64,000 bases of DNA from Chiloscyllium plagiosum (Eukaryota): positions 23,360,560 to 23,424,559 of the forward strand of contig NC_057720.1 in assembly GCF_004010195.1 (NCBI RefSeq), given 5' to 3'. Position numbers and translations under genes: made by a program. Numbering within the stretch: position 1 is the stretch's first letter; each line of letters starts with the position of its first letter. Positions 61,814 through 64,000 of the stretch are shown here, piece after piece. The notes under the pieces were generated by a model that was not told the DNA's origin, did not search any database, and saw nothing but the letters and a program-made list of their open reading frames with translations.

Positions 61814-61870
61814 AGAAACAAACTCCATGGATTTGATTTGGCTCACACAAGACATGATAAAGGCTTTGCC
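61814..61870 (-). CDS. Candidate exon of - strand gene (GKAFIMSCVSQIKSMEFVS)
   Basis: CTCCACTTTTAG acceptor, TCT|GTGAGT donor, 57 nt. Frame inferred from the phase of exon 57864. Confidence 0.5.
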
Positions 61871-63049
61871 CTAAAAGTGGAGATGGCTTCGTCTGAATGA
61901 CAAGGGTCATTCTTTCGATATTTGTGATGGTTACTAGATTCAATAGGTGTATGGTTGTATTTAGGCAACAGGTACAAACTGGATATGTATTTGTAATGGT
62001 AATCCCAGTTAAATCCTATTTGCACACACAGAACATAATCAATCTCTATGGAAAAGTGGTAAGCTTAAAATTAAATAACATCATGAAAATTTTATAGATG
62101 CAAAATAATTGCTGAAACTTCAGTGTAACTGATGATTTGCACACAACTATTCCACATCAGATCTACTGATAAAAGGGCATTGAAACAAGAATAGGTTATT
62201 CAGATCAATGAGCCTGCATGAGCATTCAATTCAATCATTGGGTGTAATTTTGCCAACCCCTGAACAATGTCGGCAATGGCCAGTCAGTTCGGAAAATGAG
62301 ACAAGATTTAAAAAAAGATAATTTTGATGTCAAGAGAAATAAAAGCTAAATTTTCCTTGGTGAGAACAAGACTCTCGCCAAGGAGGGGCAAGAAGTATAT
62401 TTTTATGCATCTACATATCACTGTTACCTTTTCTCACCTCATTTATCCGCAGCTTCCTATTCTGCCACATGGTGGAAAGAAACGACACTTCTTCAGATGA
62501 AAGTCAGAGGTGGGTATCTGGCGATTTCTATCTTGGACAGCCAGCACTAGATTGCCTGCACCCTGTGTCCATGGGTTTGGCATGGGATATGCACTACCCT
62601 ACCATATCATCATAGAGACAAAAAAACTGACAATGCTGGATTACAAGGTAGACAAGCAGGAGGTTGGGAGAACACAGCAAGCCAGGCAGCATCAAGAGGT
62701 GGAGAAGTAAATAAATGGGATGGAGGGGGCAGGATGGTGAGGTGAGGATAGGTGAATACAGGTAGAGGATGCGACCTGGTTGGTCAAACAACCCCCACCA
62801 TCCCCTTTCTCAAATCCAAGAGGACTGTTGTCAGTCAGAGGGCACTGGTACAATAAGTGAAGGAGGTCAACCAATCTCAGTTGAGTGGGATGAACACCTT
62901 CACTTGGGCCATTCAGAGTTGGAGTTCTGCATTATTACCGTCTATTGTCAGACCTGCAGGTCCAATTCCACCAGTCCAATTATTTAATTCACTTGATCAC
63001 TGGTCTCAGCACAGTTCCAGTGAATTCCATCCCACTGGAACAGCTACCT

Positions 63050-63810
63050 CCTATCCCAATAGAGTTGTCATTGCCACATGAGCCAAAGCCTATTCCTCCC
63101 ATCCAAACTTCATGCCATTCATTTATATCCTTGGCCTTTTTTAATTCTAGCTGAAAATGTGTTGATGGAAAAGCGCAGCAGTTCAGGCAGCATCCAAGGA
63201 GCAGGAGAATCAACGTTTCGGGCATGAGCCCTTCTTGAGGAATGAAGAAGGGCTCATGCCCTAAACGTCGATTCTCCTGCTCCTTGGATGCTGCCTGACC
63301 TACTGCGCTTTTCCAGCAACACATTTTCTGCTCTGATCTCCAGCATCTGCAGTCCTCACTTTCTCCTTTTTTAATTCTATGCTAGTTTTCCGGTAGCAAG
63401 GGTAATCATCCTGAGATTACTACTTTGAAGGTGTTGCTGTTTAATTTAGCTGCTAACTGTTCAAATTCATTCAGCAGAACCTCATTTCTCTTCCTATCTA
63501 TGTCATTGGTACCAACGTGAATGACAACAACTGTGTATCACTCCAAGTTCCTCTCTAACGCTGAGAAGATAATCTTGGCATGAGGCAGGCAGTCCTTAAG
63601 GAGTCACTTTCATTGCTGCAGAGAACAGTATTTACCTCCCTTTTCATACTACCCCCTAACACTACTATGTTCTTGACCGCCCTACCACGGCTATGTTCTT
63701 GACTGGTTCCAAAATGCCAGGATCAGTTCACTCGTCCTCCCAAGAGTTCCCACTCTCATCCACACAGCTTGCAATGACCTCATAACTATCGGACACTTGC
63801 AGGGACTGAG
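63050..63810 (-). mobile_element. CR1 ORF1 (SGNH/GDSL esterase-like) fragment
   Basis: Minus strand at about 63490-63531 reads VVVIHVGTNDIDRK. Confidence 0.7.
63150..63364. mobile_element. Fold-back mini-PLE insert (family A)
   Basis: Arms meet at about 63241. TSD CCTTTTTTAATTCTA at 63135-63149 and 63365-63379. Confidence 0.88.
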
Positions 63811-64000
63811 ACAGTGATCCATTAAAGGGGTGCATGTATTGCTATATAACACTATACTATGTCACTTCACTCCTGCATCTTGTACCAGCAACCACATGAT
63901 ATGTGCTACAGCCAAATATAGTCTTCTGACATTTCAGTGAATCATGAACAAATACAATAAAGAAGTTCCAGTAATGAAATTAAAATTTCCAATGCTTTTA

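Overview
Vertebrate genomic DNA, almost certainly from a cartilaginous fish (HE1-type tRNA-derived SINEs and shark-type CR1 LINEs; species not determinable). It is mostly intron and intergenic sequence packed with decayed retroelements: CR1 LINEs, L2-like and Rex/Babar fragments, Penelope-like elements (PLEs), two SINE families and one solo LTR. There are two N-gaps. Two convergent spliced genes can be assembled by hand from GT-AG exons with consistent phases, and I do not recognise either product. The + strand gene runs from a CpG-rich promoter near 5 kb to a stop at 31716 (about 579 aa if all eight exons are real; only the last four are well supported). The - strand gene enters from the right edge with exons at 61.8, 57.8, 47.9, 44.6 and 40.7 kb. 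The most striking non-genic signal is at least 15 minimal hammerhead-ribozyme (HHR) motifs from at least three PLE families. Seven of the inserts carrying them are only 120-265 bp long and sit between 12-17 bp target-site duplications (TSDs). Five of those seven are fold-back dimers whose inversion point lies at the ribozyme core. All family assignments come from motif recognition, not from database searches.
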